Of a stretch of 34,087 nt of DNA, positions 23,300 to 34,087 are shown one piece after another (the stretch's first letter is position 1; each line of letters opens with the position of its first letter). This DNA is from Octopus bimaculoides (Eukaryota). The stretch spans positions 34,630,066 to 34,664,152 of the forward strand of contig NC_068984.1 in the NCBI RefSeq assembly GCF_001194135.2, read 5' to 3'. The notes under the pieces are model-generated. The model saw only the letters and a program-made list of their open reading frames with translations. It was not told the DNA's origin and made no database searches. The translations under genes and the position numbers were made by a program.

Positions 23300-23560
23300 T
23301 AACACTGATTTGAATTTATTCTGACACATTGCTACTTTAAATTCTCTCGTTATAATCCTTTCCATGATATTTAACTAAATGTGAGACATATTGCATGTTA
23401 TAAAGGTAGCCTATCGTTGCCCAGATTTTTTCATCAGGGAATACCTTTATCTCAATTCTTTTTAATCCATGTCAGACCATGTCACCTCCAACGGATAGGT
23501 CGTTAGATCAGGACAGATTTCTGCATTATTTAAAGTATTTTATAATGTCTCGATAGGCGA
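23300..23560 (-). mobile_element. Possible very old LINE (CR1/L2-like) RT remnant
   Basis: Minus-strand MSHI*LNIMERIITRE (about 23390-23342) resembles the LTSHI.K.MERII.R segment after NYRPISL; the flanks are too decayed to confirm. Confidence 0.3.
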
Positions 23561-24399
23561 AGTTTTTTGTTTGTCCATTTGCTGCATAGATATAAAGGTT
23601 TTTCCTACTTCTTACTCTCGAACATTCACCGTCAAGATGACTATGGGTGAAGCAGTGTTCTTCAAGATGTGAACTGGCAACCGAAACTAAATTGATTGCC
23701 TTTGCGAAATGCTGATAGCCGTTGCAAAGATAATGCTATTGGAAATCGAGATTGTTTGAATTAAAATGGGACATCGCCTGCTGGGTCGGTACGACGGACG
23801 CTCTTCTCCACTAATCATGTAATCCATGAATCTTATGCTCGGTTGTCACCTCAGATTGTTCGAAGGAGGCTCCTGTTCGCATATCATCAAATCTCTGCCT
23901 TCGCTTATCCGTTGTCTCCTGAGGCCGCTGCCGATATTTTGCGACGCTCTTTCGAATGTCGCCCTAATGAAATTCTTTACACATAGACATACATCCACAC
24001 TGATACACACAGCATACACAAATACATTTACAGTGAGAAATATATATACATATATATGTAAAGAATTAAACAGATTGTGGTAAATATCAATATCGAGAAT
24101 GAACATTACAATAAGATATGCGTAAAAGATTGCAAGAGACAATAGAGGGAGACAATATAAAGAGACAATAGATACATTGATAAACAGACGCGTTTGTCTC
24201 ATGTGACTGATTTGCATTACATGCCTTATCAAGACATAGAGAACCGCATATGTGAGAGATATACATATAGACAGAATGTGGTAAATATATATAGAGAGGG
24301 TGAAGCTTAAAAGATAGATATACATAAATAGACAAATAGAGAGAGGTACGTAGGCAGACGCGTTTGTCTCTAGTGACTGAAGTGTATTACATTATATAT

Positions 24400-24401
<2 letters not shown>

Positions 24402-24442
<41 letters not shown>

Positions 24443-24640
24443 AAGAGAAAGAGAGAATGAAGTGGAAGCATGCCTGATGGAAATACATATACAGCTAAAG
24501 AGTGTGAGTGTGTGTGTTAAATATTGAGAGAAAGGAAAAACGGAGAGACAGAGAGAGGTAGTTAGACAATTAGAAAGAAATAAATAGACAAATGGAGAAC
24601 GGGAGAGTGAGAAAGAAAGAGAGAGGCGTAACAGTTAAAA
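24402..24640. repeat. (GA)n and purine-rich simple repeats
   Basis: Direct reading. Confidence 0.85.
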
Positions 24641-27600
24641 GACGAGACACACACACAAAAGTACAGGCACTTAGGTAATCATGAATTTACGATGGCGGCT
24701 TCTACATACATTCAATGTTGGCTGAATCATTTTTCATATAAACTTTATCTTTTGATTATTAATAAGCAAAACACTTTTCATTGGTAGGCAGATTTCAAAA
24801 ATTAAATCAGTTTCGTCCTTGGACGCATCTTTTCTGAGCCTTTCGCTGACATACACTCATGCAAAAACACATAGTTTTTATTTTATTTTTTATTTATACA
24901 GTAGGTTACATTTCCTTTATTAGCGTCATGAAGGAGAGAGATGATTATCAATTATCTATATTCTTCATGTACTAAGTATTACAGCTAAGTCTTTGCTCTA
25001 GAATGAAATGTTTTGCTCTAGTGAAAAATAATATATTAATCTATTTCATACTGCATTGTTTCGTCAATTCTGATAGCAATGTCGTTAACATTGACATTAA
25101 GCCTCATATTGTAGAGGGAATGTAGACGATATGAAATCAGCATTTACATTGTCGTGGTTATTTTACTATGCCGTAATAGCGCTTTTAACAATGCAATATT
25201 AAAACCGTTAATAAACATTTTTATAACGGCTGAAATATTTATATTCAAAAAGAGGAGGAAGTAAGACAGAGGTTCAGAGATAGTAGAAAAACAAATATAG
25301 CTATACTAAATATAACCTGAAGTTACACTTTAACAGTGTGTTCTAGGTGTTCCAGGTCGTTATCAAATTGTTTTTCAACTTTGTTGTAAACCTCGTATCT
25401 AATATTATTACACGCAAGATAAACGTTTATAAAACAAATATATAACTTAATCATGTAGAACTAACATACAGACAACTTTATTGTAGTCACCTTGGTAAAG
25501 CATTGTTAACTTGAAGCAGAGAAAATTATTTATATTTGATAATACTATTATCTTGTATATTTATGACAAATGTTTGACTATCCCAGATTTTTTCGTGACT
25601 GTGATTTATGAATAATCTAATAAATATAAAATTTTGATGGCTATAAATTACTCGAAATGTGTTGTAACACTTATAATGTCTAGTTTCAAACACATACACT
25701 TACATACGTACAGACAGAAAAATAAAAAAAAGCAAAAAGAAAAACAAAAAGGATCTGTTCGTTTAAAAGGCATAGACGATTGAATCAATCGCAGTTCTCC
25801 TAGTGTAGACGATTGAGACAACAATAAAAATAGCTTACTAACTTCCATACAATAAGTGTAAAATAACCTCTTCTCATGTAGGACATTCTCTCTTGTTTAG
25901 GGATATTATGTATGGTTTATTAAAATCTAATTACGGAAAAAAATTATTTGTTTGAAGTTTAAACTGTTCTAGATCCAACGCACTCACAGAATTTCCGTTT
26001 TGTTTAGCTTAGTTAGGTTTCGCCGAATTCTCATTCTATGTACCAAAAGTGTATAGAATCACATACTTCTGTAGTTCCCATTAATGTTATCTAACCATTC
26101 CACAAACATTGCTTTTCTCATATGTTTCCCCACTATCACTTTTGTAAGGTGGTATATAATTTAAATAAAAATGCGTGCAGTTTGAACATAAATACCGTAA
26201 ACAAATAACGGCCGAGTTGATAACTATTTACAACCTCGTTGGCTGTAAGTAGTTTCTATTCACTTTTCTCAATAACACTGCATTCGCAGAAACATTGACC
26301 ACACGTATCTCAAAAGCAGCTCCGTTCGACACGTTTTAATGAAATTACACACGAGGCATAGCCCATCGTTGCTGTCAGCAGGACTAATGTAAAATTAGAT
26401 TTTACTTCATTAGCTTGCAGAAAGTTTGGATCCTTCTACGAGTTTGAGCTCTGACATACACGCAAACATCATATCCCTAATTATGATTCTGTCACTGTTG
26501 AAATAAAATTTTCAATAAATGAATTATGGGCTGTTATGAGGTATACTGCACAATTACGAAGTCTTAATTATCTCATACATGTGTAATAATACAATAACTA
26601 TTGGAACACAGTTCAGTTAATTCAATATATGACAACACTTGCAACAATAATGCAGAGTTAACATATGAGGGCCCAGTTTTCAAGATACAAATGCGGAGTG
26701 ATTGCCAATGAGAACAGTTCTGAAGAGAAAGGGGTGCGTAAAACTGTCCATACAAAACAGCGTTCCTTGAAGAACAACACGCGCATACAGACATTCAGGT
26801 GTACGTGTGTGTACACAAACAAATATTCACACTCAAACATATGAGTAAAATGCAAATGACAGCATAAGTAATTTGTAGGCCTGATGATTTGTACTATACA
26901 AGCACACACACACACTATGTATATATATTTATATATATATATATACACAGGCCCATGTATTCTTAAACATAGGTGTGATTATGATTGTATGCGTGTGTGT
27001 ATGTTACTTGCCCTAATGGTCTGTTCTCAATTCTCAATCTCTTTTCCTATTTGTTCTTTGTCACTCAATATATTTCTCCATTACATTCAGAGTAAACAAT
27101 TTGCATTGTTACATCTTGTCACATGAGGCAAATTACTTCACGCAAACAATACGAAGAAGAATTCCAACAGCACCAGCAGTAACATCTACATCACCAATAT
27201 ATCATTATTACCACTTGCAAGAACTGCTAAATATAATCAATATGTTATTGATTCCGATATTCAATTTCGCAGATCGACGTTTAAGCTAAGAAAATAATCC
27301 ATTACTTGAACGTCATGCATGAAATATGGCTGCCATTGCTAGCACAAGCTGCTGTTTTTGTTCACATTTTTTTTCGTTTACTTCTGCTTTCGTTCCTTTC
27401 AATGTGTCTTCATCCCATACTACCCTCACCGCCTCACCTATCTATCATTATGGCTTTCTTTAATTCCCTGACTCATTTGTCTTTACATGTTTCTATTCTT
27501 CTTTTTGTCTTTTGTTGTTATACTATACATTCTAATATTGTTCTCCGCATTGTTAGTATTGACGTTTAGTATGACTTGATTTTACAGTTACAACTGTCAC

Positions 27601-29471
27601 TATTGTTGTTTGGAAGAATCTCTAAAACATCGGATAAAATATTATGCTGTATTCGTTCAGGATCTTTACGTTGTACGTTCAAATCCTTCATAATTCAACT
27701 TAGAATCGTATGTTTTCGAAGTACAGTAATCGAGCGCCAGCCAAGAACGGAAGTCTATTCTATTTACTAAGGGTCTGACATAATTTTAATTTTCGTTAAA
27801 TATTGTTTGCGTTTTATTCAGTATGATGTATTTATTAGAAGTAAGGACAGAAATACCAGCAAGAAAGTAGATACTTGCATCCTCGTAAAAAAATAAATAT
27901 AATTTCTGAAATTATTTTCAAATATACAAAATGAATCCTGAATAGATGGAAAGAGGAATGCTTTTCAGGAACCAATAAACAAAAGAAAGTTCAACGTATC
28001 AAGCATATACAGTCACAGGTAGTTAGTTTTTGACACTTGAGGGTAGAAATGTTAGCATTATAAAAATATGTCTTAGTAACAACAATGACAGCAAACCGGT
28101 GCAATAAGTGAAAGCAAATAAACATTGAAAATTAAAGATAGATTTCTGCTTCACGAAATCGAAGTATACTTTTTCTGAATTCCTTGAAACAGATTAGGAT
28201 ATCTCAATGCAACGAACTGTTGGAAATGAGTTCAATTGATCGGGATAGTTTGTCTTCAAATCCGAAAACTGTGCGAGAAATTAATTTAAACTAGTATGTC
28301 ACACTTGCAACTAGGATAGTAATGCAATCACGTCACACGTGTCACAACAATTGACGCTGGTAGCATTGTTGACCCTCGTGTTGTTGTCACTGCAGTACCA
28401 TAAAGGTCATATGGCTGATGACATGGTGGTTCCATTTGTTGTTACCGTAGAAACATAAATATCATAGGACAGATGACATGGTCGTTCCATGGATGTGCAA
28501 TTCTATATTCCCTCGAACAATGCAAAAGAATCCCAGCGCAAATCTCAATCGAGAATATGAATATAAAAACTGATAAAGCGAGAAGCAAAATAGAGAAGGA
28601 TCTGTGATATATGTTGTGCTACGAGTGAAGTAATGGATTTATGTCCTTAGGAACTGGAAACGCAAAGACTGGGAGGTAGTGGATAAACTGATATACAAAT
28701 GCAACATAAGCTGCTATGTTTAAAAAACAGCTTTAACTAGTGTGGAGATTAGTTAAACAAATCACTGTGTTCCCGGTGTTCGAAGTCATCGAACAGGGAT
28801 CCGCTCCCTCATCCCAACGTTTGGAAGCGTCCTGCCATCTTGAAACGGTAGAAAGATGATGGCAACTTTAGGGAAAAAGGCTAAATCCCTCACCATCGAA
28901 AACTGAAAGTCAACGAAAACATCAAGCACACAAGTCATTGAATAGCCAGCGAAAAGTTGTTGAATAATTGAACGATATAAGAACAGACAAGCGAATTTTA
29001 AATTTCAGATAAAAGAAAAATTATGCTTCTATTATGTGGAATATGGAAGAAAAAAGCTGCTAATAACGATCAGACTCAAAATTATGATGTGTTGCAATTT
29101 ATCACACAGGAAGACGTGTACTTTTTCCTTTTAATCCTACGCGAGGGCATACGGATATTTTTTGCGATTAAATAATTTAAAAAGATGTCACCGGAGTAAA
29201 ACTTGGTAAGGGTTTATCCCCTCTAATATAAATGGTATGTTTAATATTGTATTTTCAATATATTTTCGCTTGTATTAACTGGAGATTTGTATACTGTCAA
29301 ATATTTAACAACTCAATTCTCCTTACAATTATAATGTACACCAACGTACTGAGATCTTTTATATAATATTGTTGTATGTATGAATGCTGCCCGGTGACAA
29401 AATAATAGAAAGAAATGTTATTATTAATCCTCCTTCTCACAAGAGTTTTAGTTATGATATGGTTGTAATGA

Positions 29472-29840
29472 GGAGGCGCAACGGCCCAGTGGTTAGGGCA
29501 GCAGACTCGCAGTCATAGGATCAATGTTCTGATTCCCAGACCGGGCGTTGTGAGTGCTTATTGAGCGAAAACACCTAAAGCTCCACGAAGCTCCGGCAGG
29601 TGATGGTGGCGAACCCTGCTGTACTGTCACCACAATTTTCTCTAACTGTTTCTGTTGTGCCTGTAATTCAAAGGGTCAGCCTTGTTACATTGTGTCACGC
29701 TGAATATCTCCGAGAACTACGTTAAGGGTACACGTGTTTGTGGAGTGCTCAGCCACTTGCACGTTAATTTCACGAGCAGGCTGTTCCGTTGATCCTATCA
29801 ACTGGAACCCTCGACGTCGTAAGCGACGGAGTGCCAACAG
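29472..29840 (+). mobile_element. Full-length tRNA-derived SINE (tRNA-Arg-like head) with an 11-bp target-site duplication
   Basis: GGTTGTAATGA (29461-29471) and GGTTGTAGTGA (29841-29851) differ by one base. The head GGAGGCGCAACGGCCCAGTGGTTAGGGCAGCAGACTCGCAGTC has an A-box-like CGGCCCAGTGG and TCG in an anticodon-like loop; degenerate B-box GTTCTGATTCCC. Confidence 0.88.
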
Positions 29841-30620
29841 GGTTGTAGTGACGAAAGAATATGTTTGGAGGATTTTCAGTTGAAGGATTATGGTGAGGTT
29901 CTCCGACACCTTGCCTTTAGGAAGGAAGAACTCGTACGTTTCTCTTAAGCTGTATATGAAGAGGGATTTTAAAATTGTAACGCCTTTACGTATGGACAGC
30001 GTTCATCCTCTCAGAGAAAGAACTGTTGAAAGAATAGTGGGAGTAAGAGAGGTACAATGAATCTGTGTGTGTGTGTTTGTGTGTATGTGTGTACGTTTTT
30101 GTGTGTGTGTGTTTGTGAGTGTAAGTGCGTGTGCAAAATTCACCCACTGAATAAGTTGAATGCAACCATTAGATTTGTGACCAATTGTCGTAACATATTT
30201 GCAGATTCTCATTATTAGGCACTCAGCCGTGTTTATTCAGGTTCACAGTGAAGTCACAGATATGTCCTTTTAATCTCAAATAGTCTGGTGCATTGCTCTG
30301 CCTGTCCGCTCACAGAATGAAGGGTTCACTTTGTTGGCACCATAGTAGACACAAATCATTTGAAATGTTTTTAAGGTGGATGTCTTGCAAAGTCTCTCCG
30401 TCCCACGTCTATAGTCTTAATGGGAATCATGCATCCACTTTAACTACAACCTATACCGTTTCCTAGCATTAATGCACGTTTACACTATTTGGTTACCTTA
30501 CAGACGATGATCTCGTCTAACCGGAGAGATGTTCGTAGAAAGTGCTGTAGAAAATCATCAACCTACCCAGAATGATGTGCAGATAACAATAAAAAGCCGC
30601 ATAAATTATGCCTGTCATTG

Positions 30621-30817
30621 TTATTACCTCCGCCGTCACTAAGGCGGAGGTTTTATTTTCAGTCGTGTTTATTTGTTTGATTGTCTGTGGACAAGATATC
30701 TCAAGAAGAGTTGGATGGATTCGCATGAAACTTTCAGAGATTTTGGCCACATGACTGGACTGGAAGGAACTGTTTAGATTTTGGGATGGGTACGGTGCCG
30801 AACAGTGATTATGGATT
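30621..30817 (+). mobile_element. 5' part of a non-autonomous Helentron/DINE-1-like element
   Basis: Starts TTATTACCTCCGCC with a 9-bp hairpin ACCTCCGCC (30626-30634) / GGCGGAGGT (30643-30651), followed by GTTTATTTGTTTGATTGTCTGT and GGATGGATT..ATGAAACTT. This layout is typical of DINE/HINE-type elements. The strand is nominal. Confidence 0.7.
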
Positions 30818-31352
30818 CTTTGTTATATTCACTTTATTTTACGTAATTACGATCTTAAGTTGACTTTCAAGTCTTTCTCGATTATCTCCCTTTAGGATGT
30901 TTCCAATATTTTATTTTCGTTTCTCCATTATTAATATTACTCGCAGCTCTATCTTAGTAGAATCTAATGGATAAAGAAATCAAACTACATAAACAAATGT
31001 CAGCAGGACCGTTTATAAATTAAATAATACTAACATATTTTTATAATATGTATATTATATATTATACATAAATATTAACACTTATACATACATACATACA
31101 TAAATACATGCATCTATACATCGATCTAAAACAACAGGAATAATAAAGGAAGGCTGGAATTTAAGAGAAGAGAAAACTGAACTGTCTCATGCTATTCATT
31201 TAAAAATGAGTAGAACATATTCTTATTAATATTTCCGCCTTTGAAACCTTTGAATGGTAAATTTGTTAACTTTAGCTTGTATTAGAAACGGATGAACTAT
31301 TTATTACTGTTACTAAATTTTCTACAGCCACCTTCAAATTCCATGTCTACCA

Positions 31353-31568
31353 TTGGGATCAAATAGGTACCGGACAAAGACTCTGGATTATTTTTCCGGT
31401 TTTTAACTTAATTTTTGAAAGCGGTTGGTTTCATTTTTTGTATTCTTGTCTGTGAGAGAAGTCGAGTTTATTTCAGATATTCTCATTTTTAAAATCATCT
31501 CTGGCTTATCGTTGAGATGACGTTGGTGTTGCCTGGACGGTGTTTTGCGCTATCTGAGTTCTGATGTT
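31353..31568 (+). mobile_element. 3' part of the same Helentron/DINE-like family
   Basis: 31353-31389 matches 30781-30817 at 25 of 37 positions ungapped. It ends GTTGCCTGGACGGTGTTTTGCGCTATCTGAGTT, a degenerate form of the 'CTTGGCGGAGGT..GCGCTCT..GAGT' terminus recalled for this element class. Confidence 0.55.
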
Positions 31569-32479
31569 ATTATTATTTTGATTTTGTTGGCAGTTACATT
31601 CTCCAGTTTCAACGTGATGTTTTTACTTGAGTTGATGCTTTGCTCAGGATCATAGCGAAGCCCATTGTAACCAGTGTACAAGGCCTTGGAGATCCAATGA
31701 GGACATTTTAAAAACATACTCTTCAAGAGACGAATAAATAGATATTTGCCTTACACATTCTGAGCTGGATTTGGCAAGGAGCTGTGAAGAACCTGAACAC
31801 GAAGTGAACAAGAGAGATGGACGGCTACATTAAAATGTAAAATGCAATTAAGTAAAAGAAATTATTTAATACTTGAGAATCTACGTGGCATGTCTTGAAG
31901 ATGTTTAAATAAAATTTGCATGTATCTATGTATCTCTCTCTCACTCTCTCTCTCTCTCTTTCTTTTTCTCCCTGTCTATCTATCTATCTGTCTGTCTGTT
32001 ATGTATTATATATGAAAATTAATGTATGTGCATATGTGAACATATGTATATTTATATGTCTCTACGGGTGTGTGTAATGTGCGTATGCGTCGAATGTGCT
32101 TGTCTATCATAGAATGTAGATGTATGTTTTTACTCACCCACAATTCAAAATTATAGCTTGTAATTGTATAAATATAAAGAAAAATGAAATCGTTATTTCA
32201 TTTCTTCCTACCTACATTTATTCAATATTCCTTTCTCCGTTCTTTCCTTCTTTCTATATTTCGATATTTATTTATTGATTTATTTATTCATCAAATTTAT
32301 CTGCATCTCTTTCTTTCGTTTTGAACTCATATATTTCCGTCTCTACGGTTAATCGCTGTGAGATCTCTGTGCATTAAAGGATTATAACGTTTTGAAACAA
32401 AAGAAGAAAAACAATTTCTTCTTGGGGGATTACTTATTCGGAGAATATGAGATTTACTCAAGCATATACAATTTTTCTT

Positions 32480-33010
32480 TGACGTCATACACACATATAT
32501 ATATATATACATACACACATACACACATACATACATACATACATACATACACAGATACACAGATACACAAGCACATACACACAAACACACACACACGGAC
32601 GGAAGTATGTATGTATATATATTACACGTATTACGCATATGTATATGTTTCGCATACTTGCACATATTTTTTCATGTATGTGTGTATATATATTTGTACA
32701 TTCGCGTCCCTCTATCTCCCCCTGCCTCTCCCTCTCTCCCCTCTCTCTATTTTTCTCTCTCTCCATATATATATATTTATATATATGCACATTTCTTTGC
32801 ATATGTATATGCGCAATCATAAATATACATACGTATACACACATACCCACGGGCATCGACCTACACGCACTCGTACACATTTATATATGGCTGCACAGAC
32901 TATATATTTATATATTTACACATATTTATACACAGCAGTGCATATGCATGCATATATGTAATTATATATATATATGGAGAGGGAGGGATAGAGAGAGTGA
33001 GAGAAAGAGG
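32480..33010. repeat. Compound CA/TA/CT/GA microsatellite field
   Basis: Direct reading; source of several long spurious ORFs. Confidence 0.9.
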
Positions 33011-33329
33011 AAAATACAAATATCCATATTCATGGGCTCTACTACTCTTTGGGGGAAAAACTCTGTTCAGTTGCATTCTTCTATTATTTAAAGTTACCAA
33101 TTACCCGCCTTAAACACCAATCCTGAAATAATAATAATATCAATGATGTCACAGGCAAAATATCTTAGTATTTCCTAAAGAGTTGTAAACTACATCACCA
33201 TCTCACTAGAATATATATTTTTAATTGCACTCGAATCAATATTGCTACTACTGGTTTTTAGTTTAGGCGCATGGCTAACAGGCGCATGGAAGACGTTTTG
33301 TCCATACTAACGACTCTTGGGCGGAAAGT

Positions 33330-33392
33330 TCATTTTATCAGCCCCGGAGGAATAAAAGCTAAAGTTGACCATAACGTGATTTGAAATCAGAT
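33330..33392 (-). mobile_element. Degenerate Meta-domain SINE remnant
   Basis: Minus-strand TCTGATTTCAAATCACGTTATGGTCAACTTTAGCTTTTATTCCTCCGGGGCTGATAAAATGAA parallels 6328-6390. Confidence 0.6.
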
Positions 33393-33904
33393 CATCGATA
33401 GGGGTAATTTCACAAGGTAATTTCAATCATAGTACCGGGTCATCATTATCATCAATAACGATTGGAATAATATTAGTTTCAAATTTTAGCACAAGATCAA
33501 CAATTTCAATAGGGTTAAGCCAAAACACGGGCCCAAGTGCTCAACTGACAATTGTTTTATCAAGCACGAAAGGCTAAAAGGCACAATCGGCAAGGGTGCC
33601 ATTTGAACTTTAAATGTCAGGTCGGAAAAATGGCAGTAAGCAACACTAGTAATAATATTAACCACTCTTCGACCAATACTCTGCAAAGATCGATGGACAA
33701 GTTATAAGAGAAATTCAAGAATGGCTCAGAAGCTCTTGTCTATAAGTATGGGTGCATGTGCTGGTTGCTAGTGTGGTGACTCACTTTGTTGATCAGATAG
33801 AAATTGTTACTCTAGAGAGTAGTGGCTCTTTACTATTAGACCTCATGCTACCCTTAGTTTCTTGAAAACCATCAGTGTTTATACTACACAGGCACACGCA
33901 CCCA

Positions 33905-34087
33905 TGGCGCGCGGACCTCTACGAGGCCGAAGCTCTCCGTCAACTTCGAGATACCTCATTCTACCGCCCCCTGCCCTCCGACCCCACGCCCAGCTACCAA
34001 CAGACTGTGTCCTCCACTATCCATGACCTCATCCTCTCCTCCCGTCTCCCCACCACCGCCTCCAACCTTATTGTTCGCACCCCACGC
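33905..34087 (+). mobile_element. 5'-truncated Penelope-like retroelement, open pre-RT coding frame continuing past the window end
   Basis: 61 stop-free codons: WRADLYEAEALRQLRDTSFYRPLPSDPTPSYQQTVSSTIHDLILSSRLPTTASNLIVRTPR. This matches the PLE segment between ADKG.AVVVW and the R(F)Y.LPKIHK motif. GC content jumps abruptly at 33905. It is absent from the supplied ORF track. Confidence 0.85.

Noticed and set aside
26205-26255. Short imperfect hairpin as a pre-miRNA
   Set aside because: The stem is too short and bulged for a Drosha substrate and is expected by chance.
27560-27770. Possible exon after a long pyrimidine tract (TTGATTTTACAG), and a minus-strand 41-codon ORF MKDLNVQRKDPERIQ...
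   Set aside because: No convincing donor in an open frame and no recognisable peptide on either strand.
29472-29550. tRNA gene (and likewise the heads at 6263 and 21021)
   Set aside because: The B-boxes are degenerate, there is no closing acceptor stem, and each is followed by a SINE body; two have TSDs. They are SINE heads.
30529-30612. Peptide MFVESAVENHQPTQNDVQITIKSRINYA, faintly like a DUF4806-type C-terminus
   Set aside because: Under 30 aa, with an in-frame stop shortly upstream; the similarity is subjective and needs an HMM search.
38-33686. Most ORFs in the supplied track (poly-YI, HT, CV, poly-L, poly-I, poly-N, X runs)
   Set aside because: They are translations of microsatellites, N-gaps or AT-rich low-complexity DNA, with no recognisable domains or splice context.

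Overview
AT-rich, repeat-dense eukaryotic genomic DNA. The SINE families, the dense (TA)n/(CA)n/(TTA)n microsatellites and the N-gaps flanked by (TA)n most resemble an Octopus (coleoid cephalopod) draft assembly; this is inferred from recognition of the repeats, not from a search. I cannot support any host protein-coding gene, rRNA, tRNA or CRISPR array. Nearly all ORFs in the supplied track are translations of microsatellites or random AT-rich DNA. The window is intronic or intergenic and is mostly transposon debris. (1) Same-strand (minus) R4/Dong-like non-LTR retrotransposon pieces with CCHC and restriction-like endonuclease (RLE) domains are stacked in (TAA)n tracts at about 6.1-9.8 kb, together with a non-coding element present twice. 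(2) A second RLE-type family lies at 12.75-13.57 kb. (3) A decayed RTE-clade RT region lies at 15.9-17.0 kb. (4) There are three near-complete tRNA-derived SINEs, two with target-site duplications, plus SINE remnants. (5) A Helentron/DINE-like non-autonomous element occurs in two pieces at 30.6-31.6 kb. (6) A GC-rich Penelope-like element with an open reading frame runs off the right end. The most notable unexplained structure is a roughly 190-bp near-perfect foldback at 11.5-11.7 kb. Two frame-preserving microexon candidates on the + strand are speculative. I found no convincing evidence of a wholly new biological system; the best leads are the microsatellite-targeted retroelement stack with its non-coding partner, and the long hairpin.
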